63,974 nt of DNA, filler included, from an uncultured bacterium (GCA_964372275.1; 5 parts of 5 records of this genome joined end to end with filler, not necessarily neighbours in it); one strand, 5' to 3'; counted from the whole stretch's first letter, positions 18,821 through 29,524 are shown. The notes: a model not told the origin generated them from the letters alone. A program made the numbers and translations.

Positions 18821-20587
18821 TCAGTTTGGCGACGTTGCGGGGGCCGACGAATCGGTGGACGAGGGCTCGGCGGGCGAGGACGCGGCGGACGCAGGTGACG
18901 GGTCCTTCAACCGTTCCGAGACCGGGAAGGCGGCGAGCACCTTCCCGACGGCATCGACCACTTCGACCTGGTCCAGCGAGGCGGTGGCGGCGCGCCGGGC
19001 GAGCTCGTCGAGCGACGCCTCCTTCTGGGAAGGATCGAGCCTCGTCCAGGAGCCGTCGACGACGCACTGGTAACGCTTTCCTCCACGGGGGATCGCCATG
19101 AAGACGCGCAGCTCGCCGGCGCTGAACTCCACGCGCTCCGCTTCGAACGGCGGGGGGGGGCGGGGCACGTAGACCGACGAAAGCGACCATCCGGCGAACG
19201 GGACTCCGCCGGCGAAGAAGAGGGCCACCGCGACCCGTCGCAGCCGGCCGCCCGGCGCGCGCGCCGGCGTCGCCGGCGGGGCCTCCCCGGGGCTCGGCGC
19301 CCGGGCCGGCCGGTCGAACTTCACCGGCCCGGCGGGGGCGGTCGTCGGCGCGACCGGAACGGTCGAGGCCCGTCCCAGCACCTCCCGATCGAGCACCGTC
19401 TGCAGCTCCACCGCCGCGGTGTGCATCCCCGACTTGATCGCGCCGAGGTCCTTCATGCCGCGGGTGTTGCCCGACTTGAGCATGTCGTCGATCAATCGCT
19501 GGACGATCTCGCTGACGGCGTGCGCCTCGCCGAGCACCTGGAGCGTGACCTGCTCCGCCTGCGCCTTTTCGAGCCTGTCCTTCCCGTCTCGGAGGCGCCA
19601 GGCCAGCTCGAACAACTTGAGTTTCGCGCCGCTGGCGCAGGCGAGCTCGGCGCCGATCGCGGCATAGGTCGGTGCACCGCGCATTGCCCCCGACTCGGTC
19701 GCCGCCAGTCGTGCCATGAACCCCTTCAGCCGCGCGGGGTCCAGCCCGGCCGGCGGCGTTCCGCTCGGCTTGCCGACCAGGATCGCCGCGGCGTAACCGG
19801 CGATCACGTCCGGCGGCGTCGACGCGAGCTCCGCCAGGATCGGGTCGCCGGCCGGCGATGGGTCCGTCGGCTCGAGGAGGAGCTCCTCGCCGGCCGCGGA
19901 TGCCGCGCCCGCCTCCTTCAGGAACCAGTCGACGAAGTACTGGATCGCCTGGCGTTCGGAGGCGAACAGTCCCGCGAAGCGGAACTGGATCCCCGGGGCG
20001 GAGGCCGCGACCCGCGTGCGGCCCCAGACGGTGAACGTTCCTCCTTCGTAGAGGGTCATGCGCGCCTGCAACAGCAGTCCCGGCGGAGGAACCGGGACGC
20101 CGTCGGGCACCACGAGCCTGACTTCGTCGCGGCTCAGGTCGGTGCCTCGCATCTCGACCATCGACGGCTCGCGTCCGACGTGGGTTTCGACCGACGCCCT
20201 GGCCGCCGGAGCCGTGACGTGTCCCGCCCGGTACAGGATCCGATGCAGGAGGTCTTCGAACTCGACCGGCGCGTAGAGCACGTCGTCGGCGCCGGCGTTC
20301 ACCAGCGCATCCCGCCGCGCCGGATCTTCCGCCGGCAGGACCAACAGTACGGCGATTTCGCGCCCGCCGGATTTCAGCTGGCGCATCACCTCCGTGCCGT
20401 CGAGGTCCCCCGAGGCCGGTAGGACGGCGACCCGAAGGTCGAGGTTCTTCTGGGCGATGAGCAGCGCCCCTTGGGTCGAGGCGGCGAGCAGCACGTCGAG
20501 CGCGGGGTGGTCGAGAACGTCCCCGTGCACGGGGGCCAAGAGGTCCGTGTCGTCCCCAAACAGGATTCGGGTGCGGACCGCAGCCAT
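18821..20587 (-). CDS. pseudo-receiver + degenerate PilZ-like + helical region + C-terminal TM protein
   Basis: DGTEVMRQLK...AGADDVL REC-like segment; DLS...GIQFRF PilZ-like segment; VAVALFFAGG TM. Confidence 0.7.
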   Translation of the reverse strand: MAAVRTRILFGDDTDLLAPVHGDVLDHPALDVLLAASTQGALLIAQKNLDLRVAVLPASGDLDGTEVMRQLKSGGREIAVLLVLPAEDPARRDALVNAGADDVLYAPVEFEDLLHRILYRAGHVTAPAARASVETHVGREPSMVEMRGTDLSRDEVRLVVPDGVPVPPPGLLLQARMTLYEGGTFTVWGRTRVAASAPGIQFRFAGLFASERQAIQYFVDWFLKEAGAASAAGEELLLEPTDPSPAGDPILAELASTPPDVIAGYAAAILVGKPSGTPPAGLDPARLKGFMARLAATESGAMRGAPTYAAIGAELACASGAKLKLFELAWRLRDGKDRLEKAQAEQVTLQVLGEAHAVSEIVQRLIDDMLKSGNTRGMKDLGAIKSGMHTAAVELQTVLDREVLGRASTVPVAPTTAPAGPVKFDRPARAPSPGEAPPATPARAPGGRLRRVAVALFFAGGVPFAGWSLSSVYVPRPPPPFEAERVEFSAGELRVFMAIPRGGKRYQCVVDGSWTRLDPSQKEASLDELARRAATASLDQVEVVDAVGKVLAAFPVSERLKDPSPASAASSPAEPSSTDSSAPATSPN

Positions 20588-20647
20588 GCGCCCGGAGCCA
20601 GTGTCCCTTGGGGCCTTGAGGACGGTCAATCGGCCAGGGGGACCCCC

Positions 20648-20715
20648 AACATTTTTGTAGACATATAATTAGGGTTCATTTATAGATCTTGTATCTTCAC
20701 TGTTATAAATAAATA
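20648..20715. promoter_or_regulatory. AT-rich divergent promoter region
   Basis: very AT-rich tract containing TATAAT and an ATTTATA/TATAAAT inverted pair. Confidence 0.6.
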
Positions 20716-20736
20716 CGACGGGTGGCGGGGGTGACG

Positions 20737-21240
20737 ATGAAGACGATGCGGGCGAAGGTGGGGTTCCTGGCGGCGATCTCGACGATGCTGGTGGCGGCGA
20801 TCGAGGTCGGCGCGATGGAGACGTCGATCGAGGGAACGACGGAGACGGCGAGCGTGCCGACCGGGCAGGAGCGCGTGGTGCGCGCGAGGGCCACCGAGGT
20901 CGCGGGGAACGACCTCGCGGTCGACGAGCTGTTGCGGATCGCGCGGCTCGAGGAGGAGAGCCTGCGGATCGCCGCGGTCGAAGTGCTGGGGGAGATGAGC
21001 TCCCCCCGCGCGCGCGCCGTGCTCGGCGTGGTCCTCTACTCGAACACGTCGCCGGTTGTGCGGGCCGCGGCGGCCCACCAGCTGGGCCGGGCCGGTGACG
21101 GCGAGGCCGTCTTCACGCTCGCCCTCGCGCTGGAATCGGAACGAGACGCCGGCGTGCGCGAGGTGATCGCGTCCAACGTCGAGCGGAACCTGGCACTCGA
21201 AGAGGCGCTACCGGGCGTCGTCGTCGCCCAGAACCGCTAG
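20737..21240 (+). CDS. HEAT-repeat exported protein
   Basis: LRIAAVEVLG, VRAAAAHQLG repeats; N-terminal signal. Confidence 0.7.
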   Translation: MKTMRAKVGFLAAISTMLVAAIEVGAMETSIEGTTETASVPTGQERVVRARATEVAGNDLAVDELLRIARLEEESLRIAAVEVLGEMSSPRARAVLGVVLYSNTSPVVRAAAAHQLGRAGDGEAVFTLALALESERDAGVREVIASNVERNLALEEALPGVVVAQNR

Positions 21241-21761
21241 GGGCACTTGGGCGGCCTGCCGGAGCCTTCGCGCAACCACTGGGCGAGGTTCAGGCAGTCG
21301 GCGGGCGTCACGTTCTGCTGCTGGTGGATCGACGGCGCGACCTGGTTCGTGGTGAAGCAGAAGTAGGTGAAGAGCGTCGAGGGGGTCGGATCGTCGTAGT
21401 CGTTGCCGGCGCGCCGGCGGCACTTCGTCGCGGCGTAGTTCGCCGCCGAGTCGGTGACCGGACCCGGGATGAGCTTCAACGGGAATCGCCCCGGGATGTC
21501 GTCGACGTCGTCCGACTCCAAACCGTGGCAATTCGCCGCGCCGCAGGTGTTCGCCGGAGCGGGCGACTGGCGCGCGAACCAGGGTTGGATGTTCGTCGTG
21601 AAGGTCGCCAGCGTCGGGGGGGTGCTCGTGTCGTCGTCCCCTTCGCCGACGTCGATCTTGTTGGTGCCGGCACACGCGGCGATCACGATCCCCACCGTGC
21701 CCAAGGAGACGAGCCACATCGCCAGCGAACGCGCTCTGTTCGAAAACGCCCGAGGAATCAC
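21237..21761 (-). CDS. Cys-rich lipoprotein with CxxxxCH motif
   Basis: IAAC lipobox; CGAANCHG; start may be ATG near 21718. Confidence 0.65.
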   Translation of the reverse strand: MIPRAFSNRARSLAMWLVSLGTVGIVIAACAGTNKIDVGEGDDDTSTPPTLATFTTNIQPWFARQSPAPANTCGAANCHGLESDDVDDIPGRFPLKLIPGPVTDSAANYAATKCRRRAGNDYDDPTPSTLFTYFCFTTNQVAPSIHQQQNVTPADCLNLAQWLREGSGRPPKCP

Positions 21762-21843
21762 TCGACCTCCGGTCGAACCCGCCGGACATTGTAGCGCCGA
21801 TTCGGGCCGGCAAGGAAATCGGCCGGCAAACCGATGGACGGCG

Positions 21844-22149
21844 TCAGTTCTCGCCGCGGGCCGCGGCCGCCTCCCGGGCGCGGCGCTTCATGGCGCGGTC
21901 CATGTACCCGTAGCCGATCAACAACGAGAAGAAGACCGGCGACGCCGCGATGAGCGCCATCACCGGCTTGAAGTAGGCGGCAGCCCGGAGAACGGCGGCG
22001 AAGAAAGTGTCGAGCCGGTCGATCCGGACCAGGAGGAGGAAGAGGACCAGCGCCGTCCCCAGCGAGAGCAGGCTCGTCATCACGAACGCCTTCAGGCGCG
22101 CGCCGCGCTGCAGGTAGGGCTGATCGAGGTCGGGGCGGGTCGTCGCCAT
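21844..22149 (-). CDS. small two-TM membrane protein
   Basis: two hydrophobic helices, basic C-terminus. Confidence 0.65.
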   Translation of the reverse strand: MATTRPDLDQPYLQRGARLKAFVMTSLLSLGTALVLFLLLVRIDRLDTFFAAVLRAAAYFKPVMALIAASPVFFSLLIGYGYMDRAMKRRAREAAAARGEN

Positions 22150-22210
22150 GGCGCGCCGTCGGACCGCACCTTGTAGCCAAGCCCGGGGGGGGAGGTCAAG
22201 AGCGTCGCGG

Positions 22211-23569
22211 CTACTTCCAGGCCGCCACCGCGGCACGCTTGGCGGTCGCGGCGTCGGGCGCCCCGGCGATGAGAACGACCTCGCGGTCGCGGATTTCCAG
22301 CCGGATCACCTCGTTCCCGCCGGTTTCCAGCTGGATCTCGCCGGCCTTGGCCCCGTCCCGCGGCGGAGCCAGCGCGTACCGCTTCGCCTGCGAGTCGACG
22401 ACCGCCTCGAAGAACTCGCGCGCGTCGCGGACACCGTCCCACGTGCTGCGGTGGACGACCATCGTCCCCTCGGACCGGCCGGCCGTCTTGGCGTCGGTGC
22501 GGCGAAACGCCCGATAGCGATCGCCGTCCCAGCCGGCGGCCGCCGCCCGCGCGCGCTCCGCGGCGAGGCGCTCCGCGAGCATCGTCCGGATCACCAGCTC
22601 GCCGAGAACGTCGGTGTGAACCTCGCGCCATCCGTCGAGACGGATCGTCAGCGCGATCTCCGTCGGTTCGTCGCGGGTCGCCTTTTCGTACTTCTCCGGG
22701 TGGAGCACCTGCTCGGTCGAGGTCGGAAGATCGCCGTAGAGCGCGCTCACCGAGCTCCACCCACGGCTCGCTCGTGCGCGCGACACGAAGTCGGCGCCGT
22801 CGGCGTACGGGAAGAAAAGCGCCTCCTGAAAGTACGCCGGCGCCGTGCGGAAGACGGGGTAGTCGGGGGAGGCCATCGATCCCCGGAGGACCGGTCCCAA
22901 GGGCCGCGAAGAGAGGTCGGTTCCCGTCTTCCGGCCGAGGTAGGCGAACATCGCGACGACCGCATCCCCCTCGACCACCGCCTGCCGCGCCGACGTGGCG
23001 TCGGAGTTGGTCGGGATCGGCGTCAGGAACGGGCGCAGGTCGAAGCGCTGGTCCTGCAGCGCGTGGGTCAGCTCGTGCGCCATGATCGGCGCCTGCATCG
23101 ACGCCTGCATCCAGGCCGCGATGAAGAACTTCTTCTTGAACGGGTCGTAGTAGCCGGCGACCTGCTCGCCGTAGAGACGGAGGAGAAAGTCGCGGAGATC
23201 GATCGACTCCGGGATCGCGCCGAGACGCTTGAGCGCCGCCTCCTGCCCGACGAGCTCGTCCTCCTTCATCTCCTCCTTCAGGCGGGAATCGACGTAGGAG
23301 ACGATCTGCGCGCGTGTGGCCACCTCCATGGCGACCGGTCCCTGGATGGGGAGCTCGCGGATGGAGGCCATCTCGCCGAGGATGGTGGTGGCGAGGGACT
23401 CGAGCTCGGCGGCGCCGGAGACGGCGGGAGGGGGCGGGGCGCGGGGCTTCTCGGGACGGGCGGAGGAGGAGAAGGGGAGGAGGAGAAGGAGAAGGAGGAG
23501 GGAGGAGGTTCGAGGAGAAGGAGGAGGAGAAGGGGGGAGAAAAGAGGAGGGGGCGGGGCGGGTGGGCAC
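22211..23569 (-). CDS. secreted zincin-like putative metallopeptidase
   Basis: VAGYYDP, AHELTHALQDQ, EGDA, FPY..G, PTSTEQVLHPEKY, GWDGD motifs. Confidence 0.8.
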   Translation of the reverse strand: MPTRPAPSSFLPPSPPPSPRTSSLLLLLLLLPFSSSARPEKPRAPPPPAVSGAAELESLATTILGEMASIRELPIQGPVAMEVATRAQIVSYVDSRLKEEMKEDELVGQEAALKRLGAIPESIDLRDFLLRLYGEQVAGYYDPFKKKFFIAAWMQASMQAPIMAHELTHALQDQRFDLRPFLTPIPTNSDATSARQAVVEGDAVVAMFAYLGRKTGTDLSSRPLGPVLRGSMASPDYPVFRTAPAYFQEALFFPYADGADFVSRARASRGWSSVSALYGDLPTSTEQVLHPEKYEKATRDEPTEIALTIRLDGWREVHTDVLGELVIRTMLAERLAAERARAAAAGWDGDRYRAFRRTDAKTAGRSEGTMVVHRSTWDGVRDAREFFEAVVDSQAKRYALAPPRDGAKAGEIQLETGGNEVIRLEIRDREVVLIAGAPDAATAKRAAVAAWK

Positions 23570-23597
23570 GGGGAGGAATCTAGCACTCGCCGGGGGG

Positions 23598-25034
23598 CTA
23601 GAGATGGGACTCGACCTTGACGTAGGCGAGCGACGGGGTCGCCGGGGTGCCGAAGGTGGTCCGGTCGGTTCCCTGGGGGAGGAGGAGGCCGGCGCGGAGG
23701 GAGAGGTGGTCGTTCGACCAGCCGGCCTCGGGGGCGAGGAGGCGGCTGCCGTCGTCGAGGGCGTGCACGGCGAGGAGGCGGAGCCGGAGGCGCTCGCGGA
23801 AGAGGGGGCGCTCCACGACGGCGACGGCGTAGTTCCCCTGCGCGTCGGCGCCGAACTCGTCGAACAGGCCGTGTACGGCCTGCAGGCTGACGTAGGAGCC
23901 TGCCGCGCCGTGGCGCTCGAGGCCGGCGGCGGCGCGAGGGTAGGAACGCTCGAACGCGACGCCGTCGTCCGGAAGCGAGGCGACGAGGATTCGCCGGCGG
24001 ATCGGCACCGGATCGACCCAGACCCCTTCCGCCCACCAGCCGACGGCGCCGGACCGTCCGAGCGGGATCTCGCCGACGGCTTCGCCGCCGAAAACGGAGA
24101 TCCGTGGATGGACCAGCGTGAGCTCGGCGTCGAGGGCGCGCGCGGCGAGGTCGACCGTCACGTCGGCGGTGGCGAGCTGCGGGAGCGGCGTGCGGCCGTG
24201 GTAGGCGACGGCGGCGAGGTCGACCCGGAGCGCGGGAACCGACGTCGAGAGACGCGCGGCCGCCTGGGCGTTGGCGGGGGTCGAGGCCGGCAGGTCGTGG
24301 TTCGCCGCGAGCCGGATCGAATAGGAGGGATCGTCGGCGATCGCGCGCGCGGCCTCCGCGAGATCGCCGTCGACGCCGCCGCCGGCCAGGCCGGCGCGAA
24401 GCAACTGGCGGGCGTCGAGCGACGGCAGCAGGGCCGGACGGAACCGGGGGACCGCGATCGCGTCCAGTCGGACCGATCCGAGGTCGACCTCCGCGCGCAG
24501 CATCTCGTTTCCGGTCGGAGATCCGAATCGGAGCGGATCTTCCAGATCCGGGGGGCTGACCACCGACGTCGGATTCACGAACAGCCCGCCGCCCCATCGG
24601 ACCGTCTGGCGCCCGGCGCGCAGCCGGACCCGGCCATCGAGGAGCGGTTCGACCTCCGCGAAGGCGGCGTCGGCGTCGACGCGGAACGGGTCGAGGGGAC
24701 CCGCGCCGTCGAGGACCGCTCGTTCGTCGGGCCGCATCCGCCCGAGCCAGTGGATCCGCGCGTCGACGACGGCGCGCAACGAGGACCGCAGGAACGGGAC
24801 CGGAGCGGAGTCGGCGCGGACGGCGAAGGTGAGCCGTGGCGCGATCGGCGCCGCCGGCACGGGGGCGACGGCGGCGCGGAAGTCGGAGGCGAGCGACGCG
24901 TGCAGGGTGGACGGGAAGGTGGACGACGTCGCGTCGGTGGCGCCGGCCGGCGGCGTCTCGCCGTCGGCCGGGCGCGCGGCGTGGCACGTCACGAAGGCGG
25001 CGGCCAGTGCCGCCGCCGCCCGCGAACGTCTCAC
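23598..25034 (-). CDS. outer-membrane beta-barrel-like exported protein
   Basis: signal peptide; [12 protein letters not shown]; alternating strands; terminal YVKVESHL. Confidence 0.7.
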   Translation of the reverse strand: MRRSRAAAALAAAFVTCHAARPADGETPPAGATDATSSTFPSTLHASLASDFRAAVAPVPAAPIAPRLTFAVRADSAPVPFLRSSLRAVVDARIHWLGRMRPDERAVLDGAGPLDPFRVDADAAFAEVEPLLDGRVRLRAGRQTVRWGGGLFVNPTSVVSPPDLEDPLRFGSPTGNEMLRAEVDLGSVRLDAIAVPRFRPALLPSLDARQLLRAGLAGGGVDGDLAEAARAIADDPSYSIRLAANHDLPASTPANAQAAARLSTSVPALRVDLAAVAYHGRTPLPQLATADVTVDLAARALDAELTLVHPRISVFGGEAVGEIPLGRSGAVGWWAEGVWVDPVPIRRRILVASLPDDGVAFERSYPRAAAGLERHGAAGSYVSLQAVHGLFDEFGADAQGNYAVAVVERPLFRERLRLRLLAVHALDDGSRLLAPEAGWSNDHLSLRAGLLLPQGTDRTTFGTPATPSLAYVKVESHL

Positions 25035-25062
25035 CTCCCGCCCCCGTCGCCGTCGCGTCCGG

Positions 25063-25971
25063 TCACGACAGGAAGAAGCGGCGCATCCGCTCGACGGTGT
25101 CGAGGGCGCGCTGGTAGTCGGGATTGCCAGGGTCGAGCGAGAGCGCGACCTTGAAGCCGATCGTCGCCGCGAACAGCCGCTGCGCGTCGAGCTGCGCCCG
25201 GGCCTCCTCGAACCTTGCCCGCGCCGCGGCGCGACGGAACGTCGCCGTTTCCTTGATGCCGGCCTGTCGATCGTAGGCGTCGCGGCGGTCGGAATCGGCC
25301 AACGTCTCGAGCGCCTGCTCGAGCAACGCCCGCGCCTCCTCCACCTTCGCCTGGATCTCCGGCGAGCGGATGCGGCGGAAGCGCTCCGGCAGGAGATCCT
25401 TGGATCGGCGCGCGTGCAGCGCCTGGATCGACGCCGGCGTCGCGGTGACGGGATCGGCGCCGAGGACGTCGTACAGGTTCTGCTTCCGCGCCTGGGCCAG
25501 GAACTGTTCGAGGCGCGTCACGTCTTCGATGTCGCCGGCGTCGAGCTCCGGCGTCGGCGCGGCGGGTACCGACACCTCGCGCGAGGTCGGCGCGGCGAGC
25601 CCGGACGGGTCGGCCTCGAGCCGGCGGATCTCGTCGAGGATCTCCGCCGCTTTCGGTCGCGGATCGCCGGCCCCCAGATCGAGGAAGGCGATCCCCATCC
25701 CAGGCGGGCTCTCGTCGGTGGCGCGCGAGGGTTCGATCACCCGCATCACCTCGGCATCGAACGAGAAGGGGCGGCGGGTCCGCGGCGCGATGATCGACAG
25801 TCGCAGACGGCTGCGGACGGGGAACGGCTTCAGCGTCCGGACGAACGCGCCTGTCGGCGAGAGGTCGTGGACGTAGTCGTTGGGATCGGTCTCCCGCCCG
25901 TCGATGCGGAAGGCGAGCCACGCGTCCAGTCGTGCCGCCCGGCGGCGCTCGGCCCCTCCCGACCCGGTCAT
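25063..25971 (-). CDS. PilZ (TIGR02266-like) + degenerate DnaJ + TPR-like protein
   Basis: RRAAR and DLSPTG PilZ motifs, [13 protein letters not shown]...LPERF...RDAYD J-like domain. Confidence 0.8.
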   Translation of the reverse strand: MTGSGGAERRRAARLDAWLAFRIDGRETDPNDYVHDLSPTGAFVRTLKPFPVRSRLRLSIIAPRTRRPFSFDAEVMRVIEPSRATDESPPGMGIAFLDLGAGDPRPKAAEILDEIRRLEADPSGLAAPTSREVSVPAAPTPELDAGDIEDVTRLEQFLAQARKQNLYDVLGADPVTATPASIQALHARRSKDLLPERFRRIRSPEIQAKVEEARALLEQALETLADSDRRDAYDRQAGIKETATFRRAAARARFEEARAQLDAQRLFAATIGFKVALSLDPGNPDYQRALDTVERMRRFFLS

Positions 25972-26028
25972 GCCGCCATGCTAGCAGTTTTGCCCGGGCG
26001 GACCGTTGGCTATAGTCCCCCGCTTCCG

Positions 26029-28893
26029 ATGGGCATCGACCGGATCGTCATCCGCGGGGCGAGGGAGCACAACCTCAAGAACCTCGATCTCGAGATTCCG
26101 CGGGATCGGCTCGTGGTGGTGACCGGCTTGTCCGGTTCCGGGAAGAGCTCGCTCGCGTTCGACACCATCTACGCCGAAGGGCAACGCCGCTACGTGGAGA
26201 GCCTCTCCGCCTACGCGCGCCAGTTCCTGGAGCAGATGGGGAAGCCCGACGTCGACGCCATCGAGGGGCTGTCGCCGGCGATCTCGATCGAGCAGAAGAC
26301 GAGCAGCCGCAATCCGCGCTCCACGGTCGGCACCGTCACCGAGATCTACGACTACCTGCGGCTCCTGTTCGCGCGGGTCGGCGTGCCGCACTGCTACCGG
26401 TGCGGAAAGGAGATCCGCAGCCAGACGACGACCCAGATGGTCGACAACCTCCTCGCCCTGGGCGAGGGGACCCGGATCCATCTCCTGGCCCCGGTCGTTC
26501 GCTCCCGGAAGGGGGAGTACCAGAAGGAGATGCGCGACTGGGCCAAGGCCGGCTTCGTGCGGGTCAAGGTCGACGGCGAGGTGCGGGAGCTGTCGGAGGA
26601 GATCCGACTCGACAAGCAGAAGAAGCACGACATCGACCTGTTCGTCGACCGGCTGGTGGTGAAGGCCGACCAGCGGGTGCGGCTCACCGACTCGGTCGAG
26701 ACGGCGGTGAAGCTCGCCGAAGGGCTGCTCAAGGTCGAGGTGCTGGGCGCGGGGACGACCGTCGCGCAGACGTTGCGGATGTCGGAGCGGTTCGCCTGCG
26801 TCGACGACGGGATCAGCTATCCCGAGCTCGAGCCGCGGATGTTCTCTTTCAACAATCCGCACGGCGCCTGCCCGGAATGCGACGGGCTCGGCGCGCACAT
26901 CGTCTTCGACGCGGAGCTGGTGCTCGACCGCGACAAGAGCGTCAAGGACGGCGCGATCCGCCCCTGGGCGCGGGACGGGGTCCCGGCGGCCTTCCTCAAG
27001 GGGGTCGACCGGATTGGCGAGGAGCACGGCTTCGACCGGAACACGCCCTGGAAGAGGATCCCGGCCCGGGCGCAGCGCCTGCTGCTGGGCGGCGGTGCGC
27101 GGGCGGGCGGCGCGTCCGACGTCGCCGCCCACGGGGAGCTCAGGGGGTTCGTCCCGCTGCTCGACCAACTAAAAGAGCAGTACGACGGATCCTGGGAGTG
27201 GCAGAAGGCGATCCTCGAGGGCTACATGACCGACCGCCCCTGCGAAAGCTGCCAGGGGAACCGGCTGCGCCTGGAGGCGCGACACGTGCGGGTCGGGGGG
27301 AAGGCGATCCACGAGGTGACCGCGCTCTCCATCCTGCGCGCCCGGGAGTGGTTCGACGCGCTCCAGCTTCCGCCGCGGGACCGCGAGATCGCGCGGCGCA
27401 TCCTGAAGGAGATCCGTGAGCGCCTCGGGTTCCTCACCGACATCGGACTCGACTACCTGACGCTGAACCGCGGCAGCGCGACCTTGTCCGGCGGCGAAGG
27501 GCAGCGCATCCGCCTGGCGACGCAGATCTCGACCAGCCTGGTCGGCGTCCTCTACATCCTGGACGAGCCGTCGATCGGACTGCACCAGCGGGACAACGCC
27601 CGCCTGTTGGCGACGCTCAAGCGGCTCCGCGACCTGGGCAACACCGTCCTGGTGGTGGAGCACGACGAGGACACGATCCTCGCCGCCGACTTCGTCGTCG
27701 ACCTGGGACCGGGGGCGGGGAAGCAGGGGGGCGCGGTCGTCTTCGCCGGACCGCCCGCGGAGCTGCTGCGCACCCCCGGTTCTCTCACCGCCGACTACCT
27801 GGCCGGCCGGATGGCGGTGCCGGTGCCGCCGGCGCGGCGCAAGGCGAAGGAGGGGAAGGTCCTCACGGTGCAGGGGGCGAGGGCCCACAACCTGCGGGGC
27901 GTCACCGCCCGCTTCCCGCTCGGCACCTTCACCGTCGTCACCGGCGTCTCCGGGTCCGGCAAGTCGACGCTGGTGCTCGACACGCTGTTCCGCGCCGTCT
28001 CCCAGCGGCTCTACCGCTCCAAGGAGACTCCCGGCGCCTTCGATCGGATCACCGGGATCGAGCACGTCGACAAGGTGATCGACATCGACCAATCGCCGAT
28101 CGGGCGCACCCCGCGCTCGAACCCGGCGACCTACACCGGGACGTTCGCGCACATCCGCGACCTCTTCGCGCAGCTCCCGGAGTCGAAGGCGCGCGGCTAC
28201 AAACCGGGCCGGTTCAGCTTCAACGTCAAGGGCGGCCGCTGCGAGGCTTGCTCCGGCGACGGGCTGGTGAAGATCGAGATGCACTTCCTCCCCGACATCT
28301 TCGTGAAGTGCGACCAGTGCGACGGGCACCGTTACAACCGCCAGACGCTGGAGGTCCGCTACAAAGGAAAGAACATCCAGGAGGTCCTGGAGATGACCGT
28401 CGCCGAGGCGCGGGAGTTCTTCGACAAGGTCCCGCCGCTCCGCGCCAAGCTCCAGATCCTGGAGGAGGTCGGTCTCACCTACATCCAGCTCGGCCAGCCG
28501 GCGACCACCTTGTCGGGCGGCGAGGCGCAGCGGATCAAGCTCGCCAAGGAGCTGTCGAAACGGGAGACGAGCCGCACCCTCTACATCCTCGACGAGCCGA
28601 CGACCGGGCTGCACTTCGCCGACGTCCACAAGCTGCTCGAGGTCCTGAACCGGCTGGTCGACGCCGGCAACACCGTGGTGGTGATCGAGCACAACCTCGA
28701 CGTGATCAAGGTCGCCGACCACGTCCTCGACCTCGGCCCCGAGGGCGGGGACCGCGGAGGGGAGATCGTGGCGGAGGGGACACCGGAGGAGGTGGCGAAG
28801 GTTCGGGGGAGTTTTACGGGGGAGTTTCTGGCGAGAGTACTCGCCAAGAGTGCGGGCGGCACCCGGGCCCGAAGCGGCCGCGCGGCGTCCTGA
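26029..28893 (+). CDS. uvrA: excinuclease ABC subunit A
   Basis: [23 protein letters not shown], zinc fingers, second ABC module. Confidence 0.98.
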   Translation: MGIDRIVIRGAREHNLKNLDLEIPRDRLVVVTGLSGSGKSSLAFDTIYAEGQRRYVESLSAYARQFLEQMGKPDVDAIEGLSPAISIEQKTSSRNPRSTVGTVTEIYDYLRLLFARVGVPHCYRCGKEIRSQTTTQMVDNLLALGEGTRIHLLAPVVRSRKGEYQKEMRDWAKAGFVRVKVDGEVRELSEEIRLDKQKKHDIDLFVDRLVVKADQRVRLTDSVETAVKLAEGLLKVEVLGAGTTVAQTLRMSERFACVDDGISYPELEPRMFSFNNPHGACPECDGLGAHIVFDAELVLDRDKSVKDGAIRPWARDGVPAAFLKGVDRIGEEHGFDRNTPWKRIPARAQRLLLGGGARAGGASDVAAHGELRGFVPLLDQLKEQYDGSWEWQKAILEGYMTDRPCESCQGNRLRLEARHVRVGGKAIHEVTALSILRAREWFDALQLPPRDREIARRILKEIRERLGFLTDIGLDYLTLNRGSATLSGGEGQRIRLATQISTSLVGVLYILDEPSIGLHQRDNARLLATLKRLRDLGNTVLVVEHDEDTILAADFVVDLGPGAGKQGGAVVFAGPPAELLRTPGSLTADYLAGRMAVPVPPARRKAKEGKVLTVQGARAHNLRGVTARFPLGTFTVVTGVSGSGKSTLVLDTLFRAVSQRLYRSKETPGAFDRITGIEHVDKVIDIDQSPIGRTPRSNPATYTGTFAHIRDLFAQLPESKARGYKPGRFSFNVKGGRCEACSGDGLVKIEMHFLPDIFVKCDQCDGHRYNRQTLEVRYKGKNIQEVLEMTVAEAREFFDKVPPLRAKLQILEEVGLTYIQLGQPATTLSGGEAQRIKLAKELSKRETSRTLYILDEPTTGLHFADVHKLLEVLNRLVDAGNTVVVIEHNLDVIKVADHVLDLGPEGGDRGGEIVAEGTPEEVAKVRGSFTGEFLARVLAKSAGGTRARSGRAAS

Positions 28894-29021
28894 AAATGGA
28901 AAATGGAAAATGGAAAACCGGCAAACCGGTAACTCATCGGCGGACCGTTAATCACTTGATCCGGCGAACCGGCACCCCATTGGCCGGTTCTGAATTTTCC
29001 ATTTTCCATTTTCCATTTTCC
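28892..29021. repeat. heptamer-armed inverted repeat element, copy 1: (GAAAATG)n ... (CATTTTC)n
   Basis: read directly; homologous to 61462-61571. Confidence 0.9.
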
Positions 29022-29035
29022 GGCAGGGCGCCTCG

Positions 29036-29524
29036 ATGATCATCCTCGAGCCGTACGCCAAGGCGCTCCTTCTGGCCCACGCCCTGGCTTCCATCATCCT
29101 CGCTGGCTCCTCGGGCCATCTCGCTTGGGAAGCGGTGCATCTCCTCCGGGGCCGCCCGCGAAACGTGTGGCTGGCGCTCGTGCATGCCCGCGTCTCGTTC
29201 GGGGCGTTCGTCGCGACCTACCTCCTGGGGGTGGCGACCTATCCCACCTACCGCGTGCGGGTGCGGTTCGAGCACTTCGACGCGGAGGCTCCGTGGGCGA
29301 CGAACCTGTTCGACATGAAGGAGATGTTCGCCGCCTTCGGCCTGGCGGCGGCGGCGGCGCTGTTCGTCGTCAGCTTCGGGCTGACGGCACGCGGACCGGC
29401 CGCGGCGGGCGAGGTCGAAGGGATCGCGCGGCGGACCTTCGCGTCGCTCGCCGTGGTCGTCGCGGCCGTCGTGCTGTTCAACGTCGTCTCGGGGCTCCTC
29501 CTTGTCAGCGTCCGCTCGGTCTAG
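29036..29524 (+). CDS. four-TM membrane protein
   Basis: hydrophobic helices, His residues, YPTYRVRVR and FDMKE loop. Confidence 0.75.
   Translation: MIILEPYAKALLLAHALASIILAGSSGHLAWEAVHLLRGRPRNVWLALVHARVSFGAFVATYLLGVATYPTYRVRVRFEHFDAEAPWATNLFDMKEMFAAFGLAAAAALFVVSFGLTARGPAAAGEVEGIARRTFASLAVVVAAVVLFNVVSGLLLVSVRSV

Noticed and set aside
24829-26028. 400-aa N-terminal extension of UvrA
   Set aside because: Antisense to real minus-strand genes; UvrA similarity starts at ATG 26029.
25975-26028. LexA box upstream of uvrA
   Set aside because: No recognisable SOS motif by eye.
28892-29021. Heptamer element as CRISPR, simple terminator or MENGKW-type small ORFs
   Set aside because: No repeat-spacer structure; arms are tandem heptamers rather than a GC stem with a U-tail; the ORFs are translations of the repeat.
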